Shown here in pieces: positions 1 through 12,999 of a stretch of 64,000 bases of DNA. Both the position numbers and the translations under genes were made by a program. Each line of letters begins with the position of its first letter. The first letter of the stretch is position 1. Origin of the DNA: Octopus sinensis (Eukaryota); the NCBI RefSeq assembly GCF_006345805.1, contig NC_043002.1:25854001-25918000 (forward strand). Direction: 5' to 3'. Below the pieces are notes generated by a model. The model saw nothing but the letters and a program-made list of their open reading frames with translations, did no database searches and was not told the origin of the DNA.

Positions 1-629
1 ATTGCAGCTTGGGGCTGTGGGGGAGGGGTATCTGTGACAAAAATATATAAGTACGCGTATTTACCAAAAGGAATAACATTAATTTACTTATTCCTATAAA
101 CTGAGAGTTGATTACAGCCTTTTTCGAACTAACATCGGTCGACCGGCATTCTTCTCTTCAGGCACATTATATTCAAAACTATTTTATCATGAATATTCAT
201 TCGCTTTTAAGATTACGGTATTATTTAATATGTGGTACTATCTGCGTAGGAGTGTGTTTTAAAAGGGATTATACATTCATAAATAAATACTTACACGCAC
301 ACACATATAAATGTCAATATATAGATAAAATGATACAAGAATAACATTTGAAGATAGAATGGATCAGTTGAGAAATATTATTTGCATTAGTTTTACATAC
401 GTACACACACACATACACACAAACTGTCACACACATGCTCATACACACATGCAACAACAGTTATATAATTCTCCTATATCTCTTTCCATGAAATAGAGTG
501 GTGATCAAAGTGAAAACAATGAATATGTTGTATGAAATCATTCAACTCCCAAATGTATATTTAAATAATAACAACCAGCGAATACATCGGAAAAATATTA
601 GTTTTCGGCAATATATACATACGTACATA

Positions 630-632
<3 letters not shown>

Positions 633-713
<81 letters not shown>
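633..713. repeat. (CA)n microsatellite
   Basis: Pure AC dinucleotide run; explains the THTH ORF 498..719. Confidence 0.95.
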
Positions 714-715
<2 letters not shown>

Positions 716-1334
716 TTAGAAACTAACCAAACATTCGTGTTTCATCTAAGCAGGACGACATTAATACGTGACAAAGAAAACGGCTAAACACTAACACATT
801 ATCTACTCAGATGCAAGCATACGTGTAGATATACACGCGCATACGAATATCTATGCTCGTGTGTATGTATGTATGTATGTATGTACGTAAATACATATGC
901 ATATTTGCAGTGAATATATGCAGACTCATAGACGCACATACATAGGCTGTCGAATCACTTGTATTGCTAGAGTGTTGGATAGACTACCTTACCAAAAATA
1001 TTCTGTCTCTCTGATCTGAATTCGAATCCTGCGTAAGTCAAATTTGCCTCTTACACTTTGGCAGTAAAAAGTAATCCCGAACGTTCTTGTTGAGAATAGT
1101 GGAATGCTAAAATGTCGGCCGAAATGATTTACGATATTTGTTTCGGACCTGTACATTTTGAGTTTAAATTCGGGTTCACGTCACCAGAAGAAACTCGTAC
1201 TTTGGGGCTTGGCAAAAATGGTGGTAGGTTCACAAGTGCCAAACTATTTGAACCGAATACCTGAACACCTTCCATACTAGCCAATCGGCTGATAGTAGTG
1301 AACGCAAAGGGACTTCAAAGACTTAGCACTTAAG

Positions 1335-1372
<38 letters not shown>

Positions 1373-1374
1373 TA

Positions 1375-1654
1375 GGAGCACTCCGTCGGTTACGACGACG
1401 AGGGTCCCAGCTGATACAATCAACGGAACAGCCTGCTCGTGAAATTAACGTGCAATTGACTGAGCAACCACATCCACGCGTACCCCTAACGTAGTTCTCA
1501 GGGAGATCCAGCGTGATACAGAGTGTGACAAGGCCGGCCCTTTGAAATACAGGTACAACTCATTTTTGCCAGCTGAGTGGACTGGAGCAACGTGAAATAA
1601 AGTGTCTTGCTCAAGGACACAGCGCGTTGCCGGGAATCGAACTCACGACCTTAC
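1375..1654 (-). mobile_element. tRNA-derived SINE, family A (5' head truncated)
   Basis: Minus strand shows B-box-like GTGAGTTCGATTCCC followed by TGTGTCCTTGAGCAAGACAC; its 3' part recurs at 8770-8950. Confidence 0.8.
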
Positions 1655-3437
1655 AATAAATATAGTTTATTTAAACTGAATGTTTATTTCCTGACTCGAT
1701 TTTGTTGACAATGTGATCTGCAGGGAAGAACTGTTTTCGTCTAAAGATTGCAGAGCTGTCAAACTCGAGTTGCAAAGTGAACATTCAGTTGAAAAAATTC
1801 TGCAACATGTATTGAATTCTCATTCCTTGTTTGAGACAATTCACTGTGTACACACACACTCCCACATATATTGCCCACACACGTATTTGAGATAAGATGG
1901 AATGAAGAAGGATGTCTGTAGGTGTTTGAACACCTGGCAAAAATTGGTGGATATATGTTCCTCAAGTTACGTTCTACCGTATGAGGAAATAACATTTGGA
2001 AAATGTGGTTTGGTTCTAACGACTCTAGGAGACAGACAAGATGGTCGTCAATGGAACGTCTTTTAACATTAGAAACTAGTTCAAATATCATCAACAACAG
2101 CGCAATGTAATGGCAGCAAATTCTAATGTATCATCTATATTACTGGGGCATACCGTATACATTAATATTTTATTGTATACGTTGATAAGTTTCAAGTGAC
2201 TATTAGATAGACAAATAATATATATATGACATTTTCATATGTTGTAAATTATAGAATAGCCAGTAACAATATTTCTCAAAAATGCACATACGCACACATA
2301 CATAGACACACGCACACATATTTGCATGTGCTTGTATGTAAGTATGAATAACAGAGTGATAGACAGGTAGAGAGAAAAGGAAAGAGAGAGATTTTCTATG
2401 ATAGTTTGTACAGAACTATTCTTGTACGTTAGTCAATAATGCTATTTTACTTTTCTCCGTTTCTGTCTTTGTCCACCCTCCCGCTCTCCCTTTGAGTCTG
2501 CATTTCTAATTAATTTAAAACTGCAGCCATTATCGCTATCTTCAAGAAAAGAGATAGAAAATCATGCGGGGATTATCATGTATTAGCAAAACTCCGTCTC
2601 CAGAACATTATAGAAGATTCTTCCCGAAGCAGAAGAAGCACACCAGAAAGCACTTTGTTCCGAGAGCATGACTTTATGATTTCTCTGGTCGATAGTTACA
2701 TATTTCATCAATAAATATAGGCTGCACGCACACACGAACGCATATTTCTCTCTAACCTGGTTTGTCTAATTTGCACTACAGTGCAAGTGATGGCAACGTG
2801 ATTTAAATAGTCCTAGTGTTCCTATCGCCAAGTAGTGCTTCTACACATTTAGTAATTCCTGCGCCAACACATACGCTAATGAAGATTAGATATAGCAGTT
2901 CAGTTATCTCCGAGACTGTGTCTATTAGAAGTCTCTGTAAGTTACTATTATCTCAGTGTTCAATATGTGAGCGATCCAGCTTTGATAAAGCCGTAATAAA
3001 CGCTGTAACTCTTCTTCTCCTAGTGGGACTGATACAGCAGCTAAAACTACCACCACTACCATGCTGCTGCTACTACTCTGCCACTGCTACTATACAACAC
3101 TCATCACTAATAGCCACTCCTTATTGCCAATATTCTCAGTAAGGAACAAAAGACATCTGCCACTACTAAAACCGTTACTATTTCTATTACGACCCTCAAG
3201 CTGTCAGAAGGTGGGCAATAACCAGTGCCATGTGAATTTTGTAAGAAAATCATGAGAATTCTCAAAACTAATGTAAAGAAATATTAATATAATATATCTC
3301 AATAAGGGGGTATGCTGACAGAACCCTTAGCGGCATTTCTGCAGTGCAATTCGATAATTTTTGGGATTTTGAATTGAATTTAGAGTCAACACTGGCTTCA
3401 AATTGCATAGAGAATCTGTAGAGATAACGTTAAAGTG

Positions 3438-3562
<125 letters not shown>

Positions 3563-3585
3563 TTACATACACACACACACACACA

Positions 3586-3617
<32 letters not shown>

Positions 3618-3649
3618 CATACATACATACATATACACACATACATACC

Positions 3650-4280
3650 AAAAACATTGCCATGAAGAGTAACTTCTTCCAGACACCTAGAGGGCTGCAT
3701 CTTTGCTGTTCAGGAACAGGTGTTTCTAAATATTTTATCAATAAAAGTGATAAGGACGCTTTTAAGAATTCACCTCATGATACAAAATGTAAATCGATTT
3801 TGCCAGCGTAGTCGGTATCAACCACACTTTCAGCAACTGTCCAAAATTTCCCGCAAGCTACTACATTCTCATGCGACATAACATTGTTGCTAAAACTACA
3901 CACAAAGCTATCCGCAAGAAAGTTTGTTCCGATGGTCATACGAAGCGCATACCAGAACCAAAAAGTATCCTCACATTTAAAAATGAGAAAATATTAGATG
4001 ACCTTTTCAATAAAAACAGTAACCAGCGCAAATATAATAAACCTGATATTATTTTATTGGACAGGAAGAATTGGTGTACTATCGTAGCGGTTCTGAATGT
4101 CTTCTCTGAATTGGAGAAAAGATGAGCATCTAAAGAAAACTTATGAAGAACTAACATGATCTATAACCGAGTTAGAGATTTTCATTTGGACCCGGGGTCA
4201 GTTACACATTGCTGGCATATGTCTGGAAACCAAAGGCTTAGGAAGGATCAGTGAAAATTTGAAGGGGTCTCAAAACCATT
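3650..4280 (+). pseudogene. Decayed 3' fragment of an R4/Dong-like RLE non-LTR retrotransposon
   Basis: Broken frames read EGCIFAVQEQ, RHNIVAK..H and NKPDIILLD, matching the post-RT CCHC/RHN and PD motif order also seen at 39700-40300. Confidence 0.65.
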
Positions 4281-4287
4281 TTGCGTA

Positions 4288-4399
4288 TCCATCCATCCAT
4301 CCACCCATCCATCCATCCACCCATCCATCCATCCATCCATCCATCCATCCATCCATCCATCCATCCATCCATCCATCCATCCATCCATCCATCCATCAT

Positions 4400-4476
<77 letters not shown>

Positions 4477-4493
4477 ATATATATATATATCTA

Positions 4494-4551
<58 letters not shown>

Positions 4552-4590
4552 TCTATCTATATATATATATACACACATATATATATAGCT
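4288..4590. repeat. Compound microsatellite (TCCA)n-(TATC)n-(TA)n
   Basis: Directly visible. Confidence 0.95.
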
Positions 4591-4592
4591 AT

Positions 4593-4937
4593 GGACTCCG
4601 TGTGGGCAGTCATCTAAAAGTTTTTGTTCATTATGATGCTGACATAATTTCCTTGTCTTTCCTGATGAGAAGGCGGCATAATACACCCCTTATTCCTTCG
4701 AAATTAGGAATATGCAGTCTTCGAAACATATGTCGAGAATAAAGGAATTTTGTTAAATCGTCGTTCAACTCCATTCTTTCATTTATTTGTATTAAAAAAA
4801 CACACAAATTTCCACACGAAAGCACGTGATCTCTGCCCTTGGCATGTAGCTTCAACCGTGTTTTTCTGACGTGAATTTGCTACCCGGGTATCGGTTAACC
4901 GAATTATCCATACTAGGATAATTCATTCAACTACTTA
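4593..4937 (+). mobile_element. Non-coding hammerhead-bearing element, family A/B (Penelope pLTR- or retrozyme-like)
   Basis: Contains a canonical HHR; 4740-4937 is colinear and similar to 5476-5685 and partly to 31661-31785. Confidence 0.7.
4658..4738 (+). ncRNA. Type I hammerhead ribozyme with canonical core
   Basis: TTTC-CTGATGA(4662-4668)-stem II GAAGGCGGCATA/TATGCAGTCTTC-GAAA(4723-4726)-palindrome CATATG-TC(4733-4734)-GAGA; G10.1-C11.1 intact, GUC triplet; stem I only 4 bp with one G.U. Confidence 0.8.
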
Positions 4938-4944
4938 TATATAT

Positions 4945-5683
4945 ATATATTTAGTGTAGGAAGAAATGGAGCTGAACGAAGATTTAACAAAATTCCTTTT
5001 TATTATTTTCTACATGTTTCAAAAGCTGCAAAAACCCTAATTCAGATTGAATAAGGAGTCCATTATGCAGCCTTCTCTTCAGGAAAATCCAGGAACTTAA
5101 TTCTCCAACAAAACACAGCAAGCTTTTCGACAAACGCTCACGAGGAGCCCATGGGATAAATGGCACAAAACTGTCTATCAATATGCGTTCAGTCATACAG
5201 AATACATTCACACTCTTTGATTTTCCTGTACCCCCCCACTCCTGTTAACCGGATTTTGACCTTGAATTATCTCAACGGACTTTTTCGTCGGCTTTCACCC
5301 AGCCTGGCGTCAACGCATATTGATAGACAGTTTTGTGCCATTTATCCCATGGGCTCCTCGTGAGCGTTTGTCGAAAAGCTTGCTGTGCATTTTGTTGGAG
5401 AATTAAGTTCCTGCATAATGGACTCCTTATTCAATCCGAATTAGGGTTTTTGCAGCTTTTGAAACATATGTAGAAAATAATAAAAAGGAATTTTGTTAAA
5501 TCTTCGTTCAGCTCCATTTCTTCCTACACTAAATATATAAAACTTCAAATTTCCGCACTAAGGCACGGGTTTGAGACCCCATGGTCGTAACCTCAACCGT
5601 GATTTTTCTGTTGTGATTTTTGCTACCCAGTATCGGTTATCATTTGAATAATCCGTAATAAGATAATTCATTTATCTACTTCA

Positions 5684-5685
<2 letters not shown>
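4945..5685. mobile_element. Fold-back family A/B element: inverted arm 4945-5189, spacer, direct arm 5312-5538 plus 3' tail
   Basis: Arms are near-identical reverse complements except a 22-nt deletion, two 2-nt indels and an isolated substitution; geometry matches the inverted 5' pLTR of Penelope-like insertions. Confidence 0.85.
5005..5088 (-). ncRNA. Type I hammerhead ribozyme (CUGAAGA core)
   Basis: Minus strand ATTTTC-CTGAAGA-GAAGGCTGCA...TGCAGCTTTT-GAAA-CATG-TA-GAAAAT: 6-bp stem I, 10-bp stem II with G.U at 10.1/11.1, palindromic stem III. Confidence 0.75.
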
Positions 5686-5747
<62 letters not shown>

Positions 5748-5893
5748 ATATATTATTTTATATTATATTGAGGGTACTACTATTCGTAGATACCAACACG
5801 CTAAGAGGAACCAATGCGGTCAAAACTACTAAAAATAAACAAAATTTTACCGAATGCAAAACTTCAAAACACATCATTTTAAAAAAGAATTCA

Positions 5894-5957
5894 GTTACAT
5901 ATCACATGTGATTTCGCATTTAATGCAGAATATGCATTTCATGTTCATCAGTGCAAC
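5894..5957 (-). ncRNA. Hammerhead fold, inverted copy of 6710-6773
   Basis: Reverse complement of the plus-strand motif. Confidence 0.6.
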
Positions 5958-6709
5958 AAACTCAAGAAATATAAGAGAAAACATAACATTACAAGCTCGA
6001 TAGCCAACCGTAGAATTCGTCGTAGCATGTACGAATGTTTATCTTTACATATCTATGAAAATGGCGGGCTTATTCGCAATGCATTTCGGTAACAAATTGT
6101 CTAGTCGGAATAAAAATTCAGTATTGAACTATTTCGGTGAAAAATATAAATTAACAATTGAGGATAAAATCTTTAAAAGAAATTATCAGTAGTCAGCGTG
6201 AAAAACCTCGTAAGAGAAAAAAATCCGTAAATTCTTCCTCTTTGAAAATATTCATTTATATTATATTGAGGGTACTACTATTCGTAGATACCAACATGTG
6301 TTTTGAAGTTTTGCATTCGGTAAAATTTTGTTTATTTTTAGTAGTTTTGACCGCATTGGTCCCTCTTGGCGTGTTGGTATCTACGAATAGTAGTACCCTC
6401 AATATAATATAAATGAATATTTTCAAAGAGGAAGAATTTACGGATTTTTTCTCTTACGAGGTTTTTCACGCTGACTACTGATAATTTCTTTTAAAGATTT
6501 TATCCTCAATTGTTAATTTATATTTTCCACCGGAATAGTTCAATACTGAATTTTTATTCCGACTAGACAATTTGTTACCGAAATGCATTGCGAATAAGCC
6601 CACCATTTTCATAGATATGTAAAGATAAACATTCGTACATGCTACGACGAATTCTACGGTTGGCTATCGAGCTTGTAATGTTATGTTTTCTCTTATATTT
6701 CTTGAGTTT

Positions 6710-6773
6710 GTTGCACTGATGAACATGAAATGCATATTCTGCATTAAATGCGAAATCACATGTGATATGTAAC
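6710..6773 (+). ncRNA. Type I hammerhead fold with A10.1.C11.1 mismatch
   Basis: GTTGCA-CTGATGA(6716-6722)-ACAT..AATGCA-TATTC-TGCATT..ATGC-GAAA(6752-6755)-palindrome TCACATGTGA-TA-TGTAAC; 6-bp stem I with one G.U. Confidence 0.65.
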
Positions 6774-7009
6774 TGAATTCTTTTTTAAAATGATGTGTTT
6801 TGAAGTTTTGCATTCGGTAAAATTTTGTTTATTTTTAGTAGTTTTGACCGCATTGGTCCCTCTTAGCGTGTTGGTATCTACGAATAGTAGTACCCTCAAT
6901 ATAATATAAATGAATATTTTCAAAGAGGAAGAATTTACGGATTTTTTCTCTTACGAGGTTTTTCACGCTGACTACTGATAATTTCTTTTAAAGATTTTAT
7001 CCTCAATTG

Positions 7010-7081
<72 letters not shown>

Positions 7082-7120
7082 ATATATACACATATATACA
7101 TATATATATGTATATATATT

Positions 7121-7268
7121 ACTCTTTTACTCTTTTACTTGTTTCAGTCATGTGACTGTGGCCATGCTGGAGCACCGCCTTTAGTCGAGCAAATCGACCC
7201 CAGTTGCCATGTGGTTGGAACCATGTGGCTGGTAAGCAAGCTACGTACCACGCGGCCACTCCTACGCC

Positions 7269-7271
<3 letters not shown>
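7121..7271 (-). mobile_element. Internally deleted dimeric SINE (family C/D)
   Basis: Head and 3' end of the 15695-16148 element joined at ~7200 with the middle missing. Confidence 0.75.
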
Positions 7272-7336
<65 letters not shown>

Positions 7337-8764
7337 GTATGCATTTATGTATGTATGTATGTATGTATGTATTTATGCATGTATGTATGAATGTAGGTAT
7401 GTATGCATGTATATATTTATGTATGTATGCATGCATACATATATCTCACGAAGTGTAGCTGGCCAAAACTTGGATGTCACTATCACCCCTCTTATTGTAA
7501 AAGTTCAATAAGTCAACAAAATATATTTGTATACATTCATATATTATAAGTATATTTGAATATATAACTTATACTATACATGCATACACGCATACGTACA
7601 CTCACACACGTATATGTATGCACTTGTGTTTGTGTGCTTACATGTGTGTGCGTGCGTGTGCATGCATGTGTGTATATGTGTGTGTTTGTATGTTACAAAC
7701 AAACAATCGCACTTATAAAGGAAATAACGGCCAAAATTGATCTGTAAATAACAAATATTCTTACGATTCCCTCGCAGTAATCCAAAGGTTTTATCCTTAC
7801 GGATTGAAAAAAAAAACAAACAAACATTTCTCTATGTTCACCTTATTTAATCTAGGTACATATTTGATTTATATTTTATACATTAGAATGTCTTGCAAAT
7901 CCAATGTTTCCCAAGGATAATGGATAAATATTACCTTCTAAGTTCTTTTTCTTCTTATATAGGACAACTGATCGAACAATGGGGATTCTACGCATCCTGA
8001 CACGCTTCAAATAGCAGCCAAATTTCTAGGAATTGTCGCTTGTTAATAAGATTATAACTTTTCAAACTATTGCTCTGGTAAATAGAATTGAAAACGAACA
8101 CTTTAGTAAGATATTTAAATATAGAAGTTCGATAATGTTAGATTTATTAATGTTTGCTTGTTGTCCTTCACAATAAAATTTGCTGAGAGGCAGATATATG
8201 GAGACAGAAAAAAAAAAAGTACGTGGAATTGCTTTTGTTTTGTTTTTGAAAGTGATTCTTCAGAATTTCAATGAACAATGGACAATATTTTCCGAAGATA
8301 AAACTATTGGACAGATGTGATAAAATCTTGGAGAAGCGTTTGGCGACTGGTAAACAATTGTTATTCATTTGAAAATTATCCATATCGTCTCTATCTTTTT
8401 CTATGATTTGTTGTTGTTGTTGCTGTTGTTGTTGTTATTGTTGTGGATGCTTAGCCCCAGGTCAGCACTAACTCAACAGATATATTTTTAAAAGTGTCCC
8501 AGCTGTGACTATCCTGTCTTCTATTCAAACATAGTGTATTCAGACCTATATTATTCAATGTGGCTTTGTTTTGTCGTTTATGATTAATCCCAGCTCATTA
8601 ATCATCACAAGTGTTCCAGACATGACCATACCGTATATAGGGGCTACTAAAATCATATTATTGAATGCAATCTCATTTATATATGCTAGATTTGGATTTT
8701 GCTTCTTGGGATATGATAAAAATCATTCCATGCGCGACTAAGTCTTCGTGTGGTATTCAGACAT

Positions 8765-9136
8765 TACTACAGCACTCCATCGTTTACGATGACGAGGGTT
8801 CCAGTTGATCCAATCAACGGAACAGCCTGTTCGTGAAATTAACGTGCAAGTGGCTGAGTACTCCACAGACACGTGTACCCTTAACATAGTTCTCGGGGAG
8901 ATTCCGCGTGACACAGAGTGTGACAAGGCTGGCCCTTTGAAATACAGGTACAACAGAAACAAGAAGAAAGAGTAAGAGAAAGTTGTGGTGAAAGAGTACA
9001 GCAGGATCCGCCACCACCGCCTGCCGGAGCCTCGTGGAGCTTTAAGTGTTTTCGCTCAGTAAACACATACAACGATTCATCTGGGAATCGAAACTGCGAT
9101 TCCACAGCCCTAACCACTGGGCCATTGCGCCTCCAC
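8765..9136 (-). mobile_element. Mosaic SINE: family B tRNA head plus family A 3' tail
   Basis: Head GTGGAGGCGCAATGGCCCAGTGGTTAGGG; 10-bp TSD ATTCAGACAT at 8755-8764 and 9137-9146. Confidence 0.85.
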
Positions 9137-9467
9137 ATTCAGACATAGTGTAAATAGGATTACATTATCTGTGTCCTTTTATTTTTACGGTAGTAGGATG
9201 TGATTTGAGAGAATTTGACTGCTATTTCTGGCAGGTTAGACGATCATCTGGAGGATAGTATCATAATACAAGTTGGTATGAGGGACTATGGTTGTTGTTG
9301 GGCCAGGTCAGCCCTGGTCGTGCTGAACTATGACCGAATGTGTTGAAGCTGTCACAATCACATTCTTTTCGTTTAGGCATAAATTATCAAGTACTATATT
9401 ATCTAATATGTCATCCCACGCGGTTTATTAATCATAAGTTAGTAATGACCGCACAGTAAACACACAG

Positions 9468-9558
<91 letters not shown>

Positions 9559-10900
9559 TTTACATACACGCGCGGACACAGGAACAGGGTACGTGGGATA
9601 TCTGAACATGATTAATTATCAGTATATTACTTTCCCCAAGGTCCACAAGCCGAATTTTGCCTCTAACTTCAAATGCCGTCTGTTCAACTCGGCCAAGCCA
9701 GAGATTGGCCAGGCGAGTAAGTATATACTGAGGATGATTAATGATGACATAAGAATGCACACGAGTTTCCCTCTATGGCATAGAACCAGTGAGGAGATGT
9801 CATGGTTTATTCCCAACCGGGGGAGAGGCAGGGCTAGGTTTACACAGTTCGACATTGCCGACTTTTATCCATCGTCTAGCACTATGACCCGGCAACGCCG
9901 GGTCATAAAGCTAGTGTATGCGTATACAGCTGCGTGCGTGCGCACATACACGCGAGTACTGTCCAAATCTCCGACCAATCACATACAGCTAGCTGGCATT
10001 CAATTGGCGTATCAAGTCTTGGGCATTTTGATTGGGTTTTGGATAGAAAATTCACAAAAAAGTCACTTCTATTGATTTTTTAATGGCTGCGGGGTGACTG
10101 ATGAAATGTAAAGATGTGCACAACCACCCTTGGACGGTTTTGAATGACCATAGAAAGTGCGAGCCCTCTAACTGAAAAATTGTGGATTTGTATAAAGGAT
10201 GCACACACACACACAACACACACACACACACAACACACACACACACACCACACACACATTTACATACACGCGCGGACACAGGAACAGGGTACGTGGGATA
10301 TCTGAACATGATTAATTATCAGTATATTACTTTCCCCAAGGTCCACAAGCCGAATTTTGCCTCTAACTTCAAATGCCGTCTGTTCAACTCGGCCAAGCCA
10401 GAGATTGGCCAGGCGAGTAAGTATATACTGAGGATGATTAATGATGACATAAGAATGCACACGAGTTTCCCTCTATGGCATAGAACCAGTGAGGAGATGT
10501 CATGGTTTATTCCCAACCGGGGGAGAGGCAGGGCTAGGTTTACACAGTTCGACATTGCCGACTTTTATCCATCGTCTAGCACTATGACCCGGCAACGCCG
10601 GGTCATAAAGCTAGTGTATGCGTATACAGCTGCGTGCGTGCGCACATACACGCGAGTACTGTCCAAATCTCCGACCAATCACATACAGCTAGCTGGCATT
10701 CAATTGGCGTATCAAGTCTTGGGCATTTTGATTGGGTTTTGGATAGAAAATTCACAAAAAAGTCACTTCTATTGATTTTTTAATGGCTGCGGGGTGACTG
10801 ATGAAATGTAAAGATGTGCACAACCACCCTTGGACGGTTTTGAATGACCATAGAAAGTGCGAGCCCTCTAACTGAAAAATTGTGGATTTGTATAAAGGAT

Positions 10901-10958
<58 letters not shown>
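9559..10958. repeat. 700-bp tandem duplication bounded by (CA)n arrays
   Basis: 9559-10200 matches 10259-10900 with no difference seen by eye; track ORFs repeat at +700. Confidence 0.9.
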
Positions 10959-10996
<38 letters not shown>

Positions 10997-11165
10997 TTCA
11001 AAAGAATTGTTGATGAAGGCATTTTCCTTTGCTAAGGGATTCACAGATATTAGTGATAGGGATATTAGCGTTATCTTGCATGCCAAGAAGACGATGCTGT
11101 TCAGCAAAGATTCGACATGGGTCAAGCAATCTGACCCTGAGGGCTACTTTCATGTGGCTATGGGA
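9600..11165 (+). pseudogene. Penelope-like (probably Naiad-type) reverse transcriptase fragment, interrupted and partly duplicated
   Basis: KPNF..KCRLFNSAKPEIGQASKYIL...FTQFDIADFYPS resumes at 10995 as ISKELL.KAFSFAK..ISDRDISVILHAKKTMLF..WVK....FHVAMG. Confidence 0.75.
10575..10994 (-). mobile_element. Non-autonomous Helitron-like insertion (second copy at 9875-10258)
   Basis: Minus-strand 3' end has hairpin ATGACCCGGC-GTT-GCCGGGTCAT then GTGCTAG; no TSD; removal restores FYPS|ISKELL; 5' TC terminus not seen. Confidence 0.55.
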
Positions 11166-12694
11166 GTTTTCTCCAAATGTGTCCGCTTCAAACGTTGGAT
11201 CTTCCCGTTTGCTGGTTAGGCTTTTTTGGGGTCTGTAAGGGGTGTTTTATCCCCCGGTCCAGGGGTGACAACTCGTCCTCATTACGTTAGTCCTTAAATC
11301 TCGATATCTAAGCGTTTCCTCACGTCCGCATGGTAGAAATCTTAATTTTTAGCCTTTGTATAGAGTCTGGCGAGCTGTCCACAAGACTTTGGCTTTCGTG
11401 GATACGAAACCTTTGGTTACTCTATGACCAGAATTTAAACGCTGCATCGTGCGCGGGGACATAGAAATAATCGGACTGAATACCCGATCGCGCGGTTAAA
11501 CCATTGGGAGTGAAGGACTCCTAGCCTTTGTTAGGGCATCCTTCTAGGAGAAGGTAACACAGGTAACTTGGATAACTCTGACATAAAACCTGCGGCTCAG
11601 TGGTTACCGATGATGTTGACTTGTTCTTCTTATCAGATTATGGCTGCTGTTCCTTAGTGAGTGGGATTGACTCAGTGCACAGCCTTTCCCCACTTAAAAA
11701 AAATCTTTTTGCACAGGCATTGCACGATATCAACATTGATTAAGCTTCGTGCAATGGCCATACTCGATAACGAGGGGGCAGCCACCATGTATGTATGTAT
11801 GTATGTATGTATGTATGTATGTATGTATGTATGTATGTAGTATGTATGTATGTATGTATGTATGTATGTATGTATATATATATATACATATATATATATA
11901 TTTGTGCACACACACATAAGCAGAATATATATGAATATTTAAATATATATATGTTTATGTATACACATGCGTATAAAAATACATATGCATATATAAATGC
12001 ATCCATGTACACATACGTACATAAATACACATAAAAACACATGCAATGAAATATAAATATAAAGTTATAGAGGGCCACATATCTCGTAAACAATGATTCT
12101 TAATAAGCAATTATTCAATTTATTCCAATTTAATGATATAAATTGTGACATGCATTTCATGTGAATACAGCTATTGACAACTACGACTTACCTCCCGCTA
12201 ATTCTAGTTCATAAATTCGATGCAGCTATCAATGTAACAGCTGTCATATTTCCGAATCCCTTTTTATATATCATGTCTTCTATTCTTTCCTATTATTGAT
12301 TCATGAATGCATTTCATGAGAAATTAAATTGCATGCTTATATTACAAACAATTCAATATCGCAGTGAAAGACTCGACTGCGTTATAAAAACAGCGTATAG
12401 ATATTTTTGTGCGGAGGGCGAACCAACTCGTGATTATATTTTAATATGTTCATTAATGTTTATTTTTTAAACACTTGATCAATACAATGATATTGAATAC
12501 TACGTAGAAGAAAATACTAATGATTATTATGGCTCGTATAATAAATATTGTGAAATCCAATAAAATATATGAATATAAAAAAGGAAAACAACAAATGGAA
12601 ACCTTATTCAAATTTCTTAGTAATTCAACACATTATGAATACTGCTACGAAAACAGTATAGATGCTGCTGCTGCTGCTACTACTACTACTACTA

Positions 12695-12738
<44 letters not shown>

Positions 12739-12821
12739 AATGTAACAAATTTCAATTAAAACTGCATATATGTGTGTTTACGTACGTCTCTCTGTATATA
12801 TATATATATATATATATATAC

Positions 12822-12999
12822 AGGGAGAGTTTACGAAAAAACAAAAGACGAAGACAGGTGGTGTACAAAACAAACAGATGTATTAGTATAACGCTCAGGA
12901 ATAGAAAAAGTATTTTACGTATCGAGCCTACGCTCTTCTACAGAAAGGGACACAGAAAAAACAAGGAGAGAAAAAAATGCGTGTAGTGGCTAACGATCT

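Larger units (their letters stand above)
5757..7014. mobile_element. ~497-bp unit array: ~1.08 units inverted (5757-6296) plus ~1.45 units direct (6296-7014), retrozyme-like
   Basis: Period 498 on the minus arm (5761/6259) and 497 on the plus arm (6296/6793); copies almost identical; one HHR fold per unit; no recognisable ORF. Confidence 0.85.

Noticed and set aside
1713-2097. Non-repetitive ORFs at 1713-1895 (+) and 1759-2097 (-)
   Set aside because: Short, no recognisable motif, no clear exon boundaries.
11170-11690. GC-richer segment resembling an RTE 5' UTR
   Set aside because: Resemblance is from memory only, with no second copy or ORF in the window to support it.
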